A stretch of DNA of 63,181 bases, the filler included, from Bdellovibrionota bacterium (GTDB taxonomy: Bacteria > Bdellovibrionota > Bdellovibrionia > Bdellovibrionales > JAEYZS01): the NCBI GenBank assembly GCA_963169515.1. It is 5 parts of 5 records of this genome, joined end to end, with 100 filler letters (N's around TTAATTAATTAA, not from the genome) between each part and the next. Parts side by side here need not be neighbours in the genome. Positions count along the whole stretch, not along the records: positions 31,236 to 45,859 come from CAUJEF010000021.1; positions 45,960 to 55,672 come from CAUJEF010000025.1; 3 more parts are not named here. One strand, given 5' to 3'. Positions 39,306-47,664 of this stretch are shown piece by piece. Each line of letters begins with the position of its first letter. The stretch's first letter is position 1. The notes beneath the pieces are model-generated. The model did no database searches. It was not told where the DNA came from and saw only the letters and a list, made by a program, of their open reading frames with translations. The position numbers and the translations under genes were made by a program.

Positions 39306-40469
39306 GTGTCTACAATTTCAATAAAAATAGGGAAAGGGAAAGATGTGGCACATCTTTCCAAAGAAGTCTGTGAAATGATGTTGAGAGATTTAGAGCGCGC
39401 ACAACGCCCAGTTTTAGAGGCGACCAAATGTGCGCTGGATAATTCATTTTATAACCCGAAGGTGGGCTATCTAACCCCCGGTAACAAAAAAGTAAAAACA
39501 GAGCTGAACGTGTCGTCGGTACAAAAAATGGCGCGCGCGATATTCATGCTGGAAATTCTTTTACGAAACATTAAGGTCGGCGCGGTAAATAATAAACGGG
39601 AGCTTTATTACATTGCAAAGGGCGAAGTGAAGCACAACCCAAAATTGAAGTCGCTGGATTTTGCTGATCAGGACGAATCTGATGCGATCATCGATTTTAT
39701 TTGCGAGATGTTTGAAATTTATCGGGAAGAATTGAATTGCTTTGCGAACGACCGCGGGGGACAGACCTATTCGCTGCAGTTGGAGGTGACAGAAACAATG
39801 CCAGATGGGAAAAAAGCGGTGATTGATCTATCAAAGCTTGGGACAAGTCCGTTCCAACCCAAAAATCGACCGCAAGCTTTAAAATTAAAGGCTAAAAAGA
39901 AAATCGATTTTGCTTTGATCGTCGAATCGGAAGCTACGGCAAACACGTTCGTATCAAACGGATTTACTCGACGGAACAACTGTATCCTGATTGGTGCCCA
40001 GGGAGTTCCATCTAATGCGGTTCGCGGGTGGTGCAAGTTAATTCAAGACCAGCTGCGGATCCCAATGTTTTTTTTCGGAGACCTGGACGCCTACACGTTA
40101 CAAAATATTTTTCGTACATTAAAAGCAGGCTCGGCAGCGTCACTGATTCGGAACTCAGATTTTTCGGCACCCGATGTGAAATTCCTAGGCGTATTACCTG
40201 AAGATATCAAAAAATATGAGCTGCACGATTATGGTGTAAAAGAAACAGACGTGGGTGAAATGCGCGCTCTTAAAAAAGCCAAAGATGCATTAGATAATGA
40301 CCCGTTTTTTAAAGATAAAAAAAATAAGCATTTATCTGAAATTTTGCAGTGGCTGTTAAAAAACAAGCGACGTTGCGAGCAACAATCGCTGTTCATGGTA
40401 GACCCAAAAGATCCAACCATGCCAGAAAAGGTCATTCTAGAAAAAATTAAAAAGGGCAGCTACATCTAA
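39306..40469 (+). CDS. top6A: DNA topoisomerase VI subunit A (Spo11-like)
   Basis: RELYY catalytic Tyr, Q.ESD, TOPRIM IVE...GAQGVP...FGDLD, EQQS. Confidence 0.93.
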   Translation: MSTISIKIGKGKDVAHLSKEVCEMMLRDLERAQRPVLEATKCALDNSFYNPKVGYLTPGNKKVKTELNVSSVQKMARAIFMLEILLRNIKVGAVNNKRELYYIAKGEVKHNPKLKSLDFADQDESDAIIDFICEMFEIYREELNCFANDRGGQTYSLQLEVTETMPDGKKAVIDLSKLGTSPFQPKNRPQALKLKAKKKIDFALIVESEATANTFVSNGFTRRNNCILIGAQGVPSNAVRGWCKLIQDQLRIPMFFFGDLDAYTLQNIFRTLKAGSAASLIRNSDFSAPDVKFLGVLPEDIKKYELHDYGVKETDVGEMRALKKAKDALDNDPFFKDKKNKHLSEILQWLLKNKRRCEQQSLFMVDPKDPTMPEKVILEKIKKGSYI

Positions 40470-40513
40470 GGTCTGGTCCAGTCTGGGAACTAGACTCGAG
40501 TTTTGTCCCAACT

Positions 40514-40541
40514 TTAACCTTCTCTTAAATTTTTCCGATTA
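40514..40541 (+). promoter_or_regulatory. sigma28-like promoter giving a probably leaderless mRNA
   Basis: TTAA-N16-TCCGATTA ending 7 nt before ATG 40549; no SD. Confidence 0.5.
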
Positions 40542-40548
40542 GCACGGT

Positions 40549-41334
40549 ATGGCAACTGTGCGCCACGTTTGTGGTATATTAATTTTTATCGCTTCATTAG
40601 GGGCTTTCGCAGGTAACGTCGCGGAAGAGGCGGAGCGCGTGTTAGGTACGCCGGAGCGGCGTGGCCAGGATGTATATTCCGGTGATCTTAAAAAATTTCA
40701 AACTCATGGAACACCATCACAATATCCCAATATGCCTGATTTGGTTCCGCCGCCTATTCCGCCAAGGCAAGTAGAAAAAAAGGTGGAGCTAGTTCCTCAG
40801 CCTGTTGAACAGACAGTTTCAGGCCCCAAATTTATTATTCCGGCTTCGGATTCTGAGGCAGAAGCTGTGAGGCCCAAAAAGGAAATTCCACCAACAGCGG
40901 TTGTGGTCCAAAAAATAGCAGAAAGAATACCCGCAGCAACACCGAAGCCTACTCCAAAGCCTACTCCAATCGCAACCCCAGCATCCGTTGCAAAGGAACA
41001 TTCAAAGTTAAGGGTATGTGGATTTGTTCCTTCGCAAGCGGATACAAAGTTTGATACTCGAACGATTAAAAAAGAAAAATTGATTGAGACTGCGCCAAAA
41101 GTCTATGATCAAGTCGTCAAATTACTTGAAAACGATCCGGGACGTCGAAAAATTGTGTGGGCAGTGAAAGAGGGGCTATCGCTTCAAGAGATTTCTATGA
41201 GAGTGTTTGGAACAACTCAGCGTTGGCGCGAAATATATATTTTGAATCATGATAATTTAAAATCTTATGATGGTGTGCCGTTGGGTAAAAAACTTACTGT
41301 TTATGAATTTATTCAACCGCCTTGCGTTCCGTGA
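40549..41334 (+). CDS. Secreted Pro-rich protein with C-terminal LysM domain
   Basis: Signal peptide, Pro-rich linker, VKEGLSLQEISMRVFGTTQRWREIYILN...LGKKL. Confidence 0.82.
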   Translation: MATVRHVCGILIFIASLGAFAGNVAEEAERVLGTPERRGQDVYSGDLKKFQTHGTPSQYPNMPDLVPPPIPPRQVEKKVELVPQPVEQTVSGPKFIIPASDSEAEAVRPKKEIPPTAVVVQKIAERIPAATPKPTPKPTPIATPASVAKEHSKLRVCGFVPSQADTKFDTRTIKKEKLIETAPKVYDQVVKLLENDPGRRKIVWAVKEGLSLQEISMRVFGTTQRWREIYILNHDNLKSYDGVPLGKKLTVYEFIQPPCVP

Positions 41335-42237
41335 TTTAGGTGCCAACACGATATCGTTTCCGTAATTTTGACCCAAAACACGAGCCAGGTTATTGCGCAA
41401 TTCCATTGCTTTTACAGGTTGAAATTTCTTGTTTGTAAAGATCGCATTCAACCATGCTGCGAGCCTGAAGCCGCCGCGTAGGATACGCTCATTTACAGAG
41501 GGACCAAATTTTTTCTGATAAACTTTGCTGATACCATTCCAATCGTGGTAAGCGTCGAGCCGCAAATCGAGTGATTCAAGCGTCCAATCCATTATGTATG
41601 AATCTTGCCAGGCTACAATTTCTTTTGCGGAGGGCTCTCGTAATTGGGTCAAATACGCTATCGTGTCGGGGAGCGTGCGCTTTGTTTGGGGCTTAAGAAT
41701 TGCTGCGATAATTGCGCTATCCCAAACCGAGTGTAGATTTGTCTTCTGATTGAAATATTTCAATGAAATTGTGTTTCCCCCTAGATCTTCGGGGCGGCCC
41801 GTGTGGAGCGGTTGGTGCAAGTCACCCACAAAATGAATCATAAACCTCAGCGCCCAGCCCTTTTCTTGTTTGGAGGATGTTGTGCTTCTCAAGATGTCTT
41901 CGGCTTTGACTAGTGCTCGCAAAACATCTCCCCGTTTTTGTTGGGATGGCTTAAGAGAAGCCAGCTGTTTGAAATATTCATTGTCGTCGCTAACACCCAT
42001 GTAGTGGTAAGGTGAAATATGCTTCCACATTGGATCAGATTTAATTTTGTCAGGCCAAGTAGCCGCATCGGTGAAATCCGAACCACCGAGCAGATCATCG
42101 GCAATTGCAGAAACTTCGGGTAGTAGTTGAAACTTTGCGATTTCGGCGACGGATTCATGCCCAACCTTTCCCCAGCAAAACGCGCTTTCGTAACTTAACA
42201 CCAAGCCAAGCGCAAGAGCGACAGAAAGTCGAGACAT
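41257..42237 (-). CDS. S1/P1 family nuclease, secreted
   Basis: Signal peptide then WGKVGH, ATWPD, HFVGDLHQPLH, DLGGN, NLHSVWD. Confidence 0.96.
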   Translation of the reverse strand: MSRLSVALALGLVLSYESAFCWGKVGHESVAEIAKFQLLPEVSAIADDLLGGSDFTDAATWPDKIKSDPMWKHISPYHYMGVSDDNEYFKQLASLKPSQQKRGDVLRALVKAEDILRSTTSSKQEKGWALRFMIHFVGDLHQPLHTGRPEDLGGNTISLKYFNQKTNLHSVWDSAIIAAILKPQTKRTLPDTIAYLTQLREPSAKEIVAWQDSYIMDWTLESLDLRLDAYHDWNGISKVYQKKFGPSVNERILRGGFRLAAWLNAIFTNKKFQPVKAMELRNNLARVLGQNYGNDIVLAPKSRNARRLNKFINSKFFTQRHTIIRF

Positions 42238-42369
42238 CGTCACCTCCGTGTGAGAGCCCTGTTCATATTTTCCCCTGGCCGCAGGAAGCGTTCAACATCT
42301 AAGGCTTGCGAGCTGGACTTTTGCAGTAAGCCTAAGGTTTAAATTCAAGGCGTAGAAACTAAATTGCTG

Positions 42370-42397
42370 TTAGACCCCATCGTCAAAATTCCGACAC
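42370..42397 (+). promoter_or_regulatory. sigma28-like promoter giving a probably leaderless phoD mRNA
   Basis: TTAG-N16-TCCGACAC ending 7 nt before ATG 42405; no SD. Confidence 0.4.
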
Positions 42398-42404
42398 AGT
42401 TGGT

Positions 42405-43721
42405 ATGAATAGGCGTGACTTTCTTCGATTCGCATCAGTTTCAGCCTCAGTGGCAGCCGTCGATTTTTTGACACCGGACCACGCAGTCGCTGCTTCAACA
42501 GAAGTTTTGGATTTAAAAATTGTTGAAACTAAAGGATTCAGCATGTTACAGGGACTGACGACGGAAACGTCGACACAGTTTTCAGTGGATGTCCCCCAAA
42601 AGATGGCCGTGCATTATCAAATAATGGACGCTGCTACGGGAAGGTTCTTTGATCCATGTTTTATAAAATCTGTCTCTAGAAAATCATCAAAATGGCGCGT
42701 TGATAAAATTGGTTATATTGATCTTCCATATTTAGGAAAATTCGTATTTCGCGTTCTGGATGATAAGGGAAATGTTTTAGACGAGCGCAATCTAGCATTA
42801 CTGGACACACAGAAAAAGGATGCTCGATTTGCCTTCATATCCTGTATGTTTGATGGAAATTTAAATTATAAAAAAATGTGGCCGCTTGTGGAAAAATCTG
42901 ACTGCGATTTGTTTTTCTTTATTGGAGATAATTGCTATGGGGACATTCTTTTAACATTTGATGGGCCGACGTTGCTGTGGAATCGTTATATCGAAACACG
43001 CCGAAAGCTACCGTTTTATCATTGGAAAAACTTGAAGCCCGTTCTTTGCACTTGGGATGATCACGATTATGGTCTTAATAATGCGAAGGGGAATTACAAG
43101 CATAAGCATGAATCACTGAAAACATTCAACGCTTTCTCAGCTCAAGAACCGATTGCAGATTGTTTTGATCGCGGTCCCGGCATTTCTTGCTTTTTTAAAG
43201 CATTCGGACAGAAGTTTGTTATTTTGGATGGCCGTTTTTTCAGAAAGCTGCCTTACGATGGTATCGTTGGATATTTGGGCAAGGAGCAGATGGACTGGGC
43301 CTTTGCGCACATGTCTTTTTCTAATGAACCGAATTGGGTGGTTCAGGGCAGTCAGTTTTTTATGGGTCAGTCGAAAAAAAATGAATCTTATATTAATGAT
43401 TCACCTCAAGAACTTGCTATTTTCACAAACCGAATTTCACAATTAAATTCTCCATCTGTGTTTGTCGCTGGTGATGTTCACTATTCAGATGTTTTCCACG
43501 CACCAAGGTCTATGTTGGGATACAATACAATTGAAATTGCCAGTAGCTGTTTACATTCAGTAGCAAGACTCTCTCTTCCTAAAAATCCAGATCGAATTTG
43601 TGGGGCAGTTAAAGAAAACTTTGTTGTGGTCAATTTGATACCAACCTCTAACGACATGGTTTTTAATCTTACTTGTGTGGGTATAAAAAAAATCTGCTTT
43701 GACAACCAGTTTAGCGTTTAA
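42405..43721 (+). CDS. phoD: Tat-exported PhoD-like alkaline phosphatase/phosphodiesterase
   Basis: NRRDFL Tat motif; FISC, GDNCYGD, WDDHDYG, LDGR, GDVH. Confidence 0.9.
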   Translation: MNRRDFLRFASVSASVAAVDFLTPDHAVAASTEVLDLKIVETKGFSMLQGLTTETSTQFSVDVPQKMAVHYQIMDAATGRFFDPCFIKSVSRKSSKWRVDKIGYIDLPYLGKFVFRVLDDKGNVLDERNLALLDTQKKDARFAFISCMFDGNLNYKKMWPLVEKSDCDLFFFIGDNCYGDILLTFDGPTLLWNRYIETRRKLPFYHWKNLKPVLCTWDDHDYGLNNAKGNYKHKHESLKTFNAFSAQEPIADCFDRGPGISCFFKAFGQKFVILDGRFFRKLPYDGIVGYLGKEQMDWAFAHMSFSNEPNWVVQGSQFFMGQSKKNESYINDSPQELAIFTNRISQLNSPSVFVAGDVHYSDVFHAPRSMLGYNTIEIASSCLHSVARLSLPKNPDRICGAVKENFVVVNLIPTSNDMVFNLTCVGIKKICFDNQFSV

Positions 43722-43816
43722 CCACATTTTTAGTCAGTGAATTGCAAAAATATTCCGTGACAGAGCCTGGGCTTATGTAGTGGCATAAGAGGTGAGCTTT
43801 ATCCAAGGGAGGGATA

Positions 43817-45277
43817 TTGAAAAACATAAGCAAACTTTTGGTTTTTGTTCCGCTTTTTCTTTTAACACCAGAAATTCAAAAAATGTCGGCCATGGCAAAA
43901 ATGGATGCAGCCGTTAAGAAAGCATTTCTTGCAGAAAAGTCAGTCGACGTTCTTGTAGAGCTAAATGCAAAAGCGGATCTCAGCTTGGCTGAAACGATTT
44001 TAAATCGTGAAGCTCGTATTCAATATGTTTACGACCAGCTTCGCGCAACAGCCCAGGTGAGCCAAGCACAGGTACTTTCACTTATTCAAACAAAGGGCGC
44101 TTTGCAGGTACAATCATTTTATATTATGAACGCCATTCTCATTCGTGGAGTTTCGGCCGAAACGCTACAAATTGTTGCACAATCGCCGGACGTGAAAGCC
44201 GTGCACGCAAATCCTAAGATCAGACTTGATCTTCCAAAAGACGATGGACCAACGATTGATGATCCAAACCTTGAGTCTAGCATTAAATTTATTAAGGCTG
44301 ATCAAGTGTGGGGCTTGGGATTTAAGGGAAAGGGAATCGTAATCGCAGGACAAGATACTGGTTACAGCTGGGATCACCCAGCTTTGAAAGCGAAATATCG
44401 CGGTTTTGTTAACGGTATGGTAGATCACAACTACAATTGGCATGATTCAGTTCACGAATCTGTAGGTACATGCGGGTCGAATTCGCCTGCTCCATGTGAC
44501 GACCATGGACATGGGACTCATACCATGGGAACAATGCTTGGTGATGATGGTGGAATCAATAAAATAGGCGTGGCACCAGATGCAAAATGGATTGGCTGCC
44601 GAAATATGGATGGCGGTATTGGCACTCCATCGACGTACTTGGAGTGTTTTGAATTCTTTTTAGCCCCATATCCACAAGGTGGAAATCCGCAAGCCGATGG
44701 GCGCCCCGATCTGGCCCCGCATATAATCAGCAATTCTTGGTCATGCCCAGTGAGCGAGGGCTGCGCCGGTGGTGAGTTTTACGATGTAATCAAAGCATTA
44801 CACGCAGCTGGAATTATGGTCGTCGTTGCTGCGGGTAATGATGGGCCAGGTTGTGGTACGATAGCAGACCCACCGGCATATTCGGATGAAGCTGCCGTTA
44901 TAGGTGCATTTGACCATTCTGCAGATAATATTGCGAGCTTCTCTAGCCGTGGACCTGCAAAATGGAATAACGGCGTGGGGCCTGATTTCGTGGCTCCGGG
45001 TGTGGCCATTCGATCATCAGTTCCAGGAGGGGAGTATGGTTACATGAGCGGAACGTCTATGGCGACCCCTCACGTTGCAGGAGCAGTTGCGCTTTTGTGG
45101 TCTGCACGTCCTGAATTGGTTGGGAAAATTAGGCTAACAATTGATCTCATTCGAAAAACCGCTCTTGGGAAAACGAGTCTGCAAACCTGCGGACAATATT
45201 CCGGCTCTGAGATTCCAAACGCCGTGTACGGTTATGGTGTTATAGACATTTACAAAGCAGTCACGACGCAACGATAA
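43817..45277 (+). CDS. Secreted S8 subtilase (bacillopeptidase F-like)
   Basis: Propeptide; catalytic DTG, HGTHTMG, AAGN, GTSMATPHVAG. Confidence 0.96.
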   Translation: MKNISKLLVFVPLFLLTPEIQKMSAMAKMDAAVKKAFLAEKSVDVLVELNAKADLSLAETILNREARIQYVYDQLRATAQVSQAQVLSLIQTKGALQVQSFYIMNAILIRGVSAETLQIVAQSPDVKAVHANPKIRLDLPKDDGPTIDDPNLESSIKFIKADQVWGLGFKGKGIVIAGQDTGYSWDHPALKAKYRGFVNGMVDHNYNWHDSVHESVGTCGSNSPAPCDDHGHGTHTMGTMLGDDGGINKIGVAPDAKWIGCRNMDGGIGTPSTYLECFEFFLAPYPQGGNPQADGRPDLAPHIISNSWSCPVSEGCAGGEFYDVIKALHAAGIMVVVAAGNDGPGCGTIADPPAYSDEAAVIGAFDHSADNIASFSSRGPAKWNNGVGPDFVAPGVAIRSSVPGGEYGYMSGTSMATPHVAGAVALLWSARPELVGKIRLTIDLIRKTALGKTSLQTCGQYSGSEIPNAVYGYGVIDIYKAVTTQR

Positions 45278-45281
45278 GGAG

Positions 45282-45859
45282 CTACAGCTGGGCATGAAGA
45301 CCCGTTATTCCAGAAATGATTAATCTGGCTGTCAGAAAAACAATTATAGTTTTCAGAATTACAAAAAAAATTTTTTCTGGAATTTTTTCGAGCAAACGTG
45401 TTCCCAAATAAGAGCCCAACACTGTCATTACAACCATTCCTGAAAACGTACCCAAGTATGGACCCATGACAAATCCCACTGAAAAAAAGACTAAAACTTT
45501 AATAACATGGACAGCAAACTGACAAATACTTTGAGTTGCTACGATTTGTTTTTTTTCAAAACCTTCGTTTAAAAAAGATGTTCCAATTAAAATGCCAATT
45601 GTCCCAGTAAATAGACTTACGAAAGCGGCAATCCATCCCAAGGCATACCACTTTCCTGGTATTTCAATTTTCTTTCTTGGCTTCGATTTAAATATAGCCC
45701 AAAGAACAAAAATACCAAGACCGATTTTGTAATAGCTTTCGGGTATGCTAGATATAAAAAAAGAACCGCTGTATCCCCCGACGGCAGCGCCGACGACAAA
45801 CGAAATTACAACTTTCCATATGACACTTGGAAATAAAATCATGGAACGTGAAAAGTTAC
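45282..45859 (-). CDS. TauE/SafE (DUF81) family membrane transporter, 5'-truncated at the contig end
   Basis: Multi-TM; SLFTGTIG, IVATQS...HVIKV, GSYLGTRLL. Confidence 0.82.
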
Positions 45860-45959
45860 NNNNNNNNNNNNNNNNNNNNNNNNNNNNNNNNNNNNNNNNN
45901 NNNTTAATTAATTAANNNNNNNNNNNNNNNNNNNNNNNNNNNNNNNNNNNNNNNNNNNN
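45860..45959. other. Artificial contig-join spacer
   Basis: N44-TTAATTAATTAA-N44. Confidence 0.98.
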
Positions 45960-46638
45960 TGCCTACAATTTTAATTTCCCAAGCTACAATTAGACCTTCG
46001 TTGCGACGGGTGTCTTTGTGGACAAGTGGGGCAATGACTTTCGGCCTTATATGCACGGACAATTTTTGAGATGAGAACTTTTCCTTTGCGAGATAAGGGG
46101 CTACATCAAAATACACAGGATCTTTTTGTTCGCCTTTGAAAATTCGTTCGGCGATTTTAGAATATTCATCTGACATTTGATGTTCAAAAAGTTCCGGCCA
46201 GGTGAAGGTTATGAGATCTCCAATTGTGTAGCTGGTGTACTGAAAATAATGCCAATTGCGAAAGCATTGGGTGTTATTCGGAAGATAAATTTCGATTACG
46301 TCTTTTTCATCAATCGTGCTCATTAAGTCTGAATTCGGGAATACGCCCAACCTTTTAAAGGTTTTCCATAGAGACTGACGGTTGTTATAAAAAGGAACAC
46401 CCTGATTTATTATATCAATAATAACTGAACAATAAATGGCGAGGCTATCATAAATTATTTTTTGGTTGTGAGGTGGGTAAGATTTAAACTTTTGAAGTGC
46501 TGCGGTTGAGTATGGCTGTATATTCAAGCCAGTCGATTCAGCTAGTTTCGAAAATTTCTGAAGCAATTCAATAAGACCATCAATATAATCCGTGGGTCGG
46601 GTTGCAATGCTTGAATCAATTTCAAAGATAGGTTCCAT
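45960..46638 (-). CDS. Hypothetical protein with PAS-like C-terminal region, 3'-truncated
   Basis: Likely start ATG 46638 just after the XRE stop; DVIEIY...QCFRNWHYFQYTSYTIGDLITFTWPELF resembles a PAS-fold pattern. Confidence 0.65.
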
Positions 46639-46639
46639 G

Positions 46640-46909
46640 CTATAAAGCGCCTTTCTGTTTTGATCGCGTAGAGAGTGCATGACGCAGAATCTGCTCTTGT
46701 TCGTTCATCAGCAACCCAATGATTTCTTCGGGGTCTAATTTATATAACTGAACAAGGCGGCTAATTTTGTCCAATGGCGGTGAAGCAAGGCCGCGTTCCC
46801 AGTTCGAAACGAATTGGGGAGTTTTATACCCAAGACTTAAAGCAACTTTTCCTTGAGTAAGCTTAGCTTTAATTCGTTTTTGTCTTAGATATTCCCCGAA
46901 ACTTTTCAT
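46640..46909 (-). CDS. XRE-family HTH transcriptional regulator
   Basis: FGEYLRQKRIKAKLTQGKVA..LGYKTPQFVSNWERG...P. Confidence 0.93.
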   Translation of the reverse strand: MKSFGEYLRQKRIKAKLTQGKVALSLGYKTPQFVSNWERGLASPPLDKISRLVQLYKLDPEEIIGLLMNEQEQILRHALSTRSKQKGAL

Positions 46910-47087
46910 TTCAACCTACTCTCTTTGTTTTGTTTCTATCTTGCGTTCAATTATATCATACTCTTTCAGTATACAAAATTTATTTAGTTATTTTTTTATT
47001 CGCTAACCGTTTTTTTGAAGAGCTGACTAAATCTTTAACAGGAAAATTACCTGGATGTGAAGGGTATTCGGGGTGGTTTGAAAATAT

Positions 47088-47174
47088 TGGTGGCTCCTCC
47101 GAGAGTTGAACTCGGACACCCGTGAGAGTACACGATTTTGAGTCGTGCGCGTCTACCAATTCCGCCAAGGAGCC
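47088..47174 (-). tRNA. tRNA-Leu(CAA)
   Basis: Reverse complement GGCTCCTTGGCGGAATTGGTAGACGCGCACGACTCAAAATCGTG...GTTCAACTCTCGGAGGAGCCACCA. Confidence 0.96.
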
Positions 47175-47243
47175 TTAAAAGATAATGATGTAATCATACT
47201 TGTTCAAAAATTCAAGTGACCCGAAAAATGATATTGTTATTGT

Positions 47244-47269
47244 AAAAAAAAAGCCCCCGAGTTGGGGGC
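47244..47269 (-). terminator. Rho-independent terminator of the sRNA candidate
   Basis: Reverse complement GCCCCC-AACTC-GGGGGC-T9. Confidence 0.88.
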
Positions 47270-47346
47270 CGATGAGGTCTTTGCCAGCCACTCGTAGAAC
47301 AGAACTAAGGGGGGAGGGATGTCCGTTTTTCCGAAATGACCGGCAA
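47244..47346 (-). ncRNA. Candidate sigma54-dependent sRNA (~103 nt) with C-rich loop
   Basis: Bounded by a -24/-12 promoter and an intrinsic terminator; long hairpin TTGCCGGTCAT.../...GTGGCTGGCAA with loop ATCCCTCCCCCCTTA; no ORF. Confidence 0.7.
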
Positions 47347-47356
47347 GGAGTGCTAT

Positions 47357-47372
47357 AGCAACACAGGTGCCA
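47357..47372 (-). promoter_or_regulatory. sigma54 promoter driving the sRNA candidate
   Basis: Reverse complement TGGCACCTGTGTTGCT, near-consensus TGGCAC-N5-TTGCW. Confidence 0.8.
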
Positions 47373-47602
47373 TGGGTTTGTGTAGTAGAAACGAATTAAA
47401 GCGGTTTATAGGGAAAAAAATACAACCCATAGTGGATTTAGTTCAGCTTGGTCACTGGTGGGCATTACCCTATTCACGGAGTGTCATTTTGGACCTTGCA
47501 ATTTGAAAAAAATACTTTTAAGTGTATATAAAAACATTATTTAAAATTTTAATTTTATCAATAATTTCAAATGTTTAAATTATTTTCGCATAGCGTTTGA
47601 CT

Positions 47603-47618
47603 CGGCATATGAATTGCT
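47603..47618 (+). promoter_or_regulatory. sigma54 promoter of the beta-barrel gene
   Basis: CGGCATATGAATTGCT (GG-N10-GC), preceded by a very AT-rich tract with an IHF-like TATCAATAATTTC. Confidence 0.65.
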
Positions 47619-47664
47619 CTATACCTCCTCGGATTGGAATAAGACCAGAAATATGAGGTTTAAA

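Noticed and set aside
36680..40469. HNH nuclease plus GHKL ATPase plus TOPRIM protein as a novel defence system
   Set aside because: The GHKL/TOPRIM pair has canonical Topo VI motifs. The small HNH is separated from it by an oppositely oriented FKBP gene and looks like a common stand-alone family.
47180..47620. c-di-GMP riboswitch or 6S/SRP RNA as the identity of the intergenic RNA
   Set aside because: I could not see the GEMM GNRA-tetraloop/receptor motif, the SRP loop motif or a 6S-length central bubble. An Rfam scan is still needed to exclude known families.
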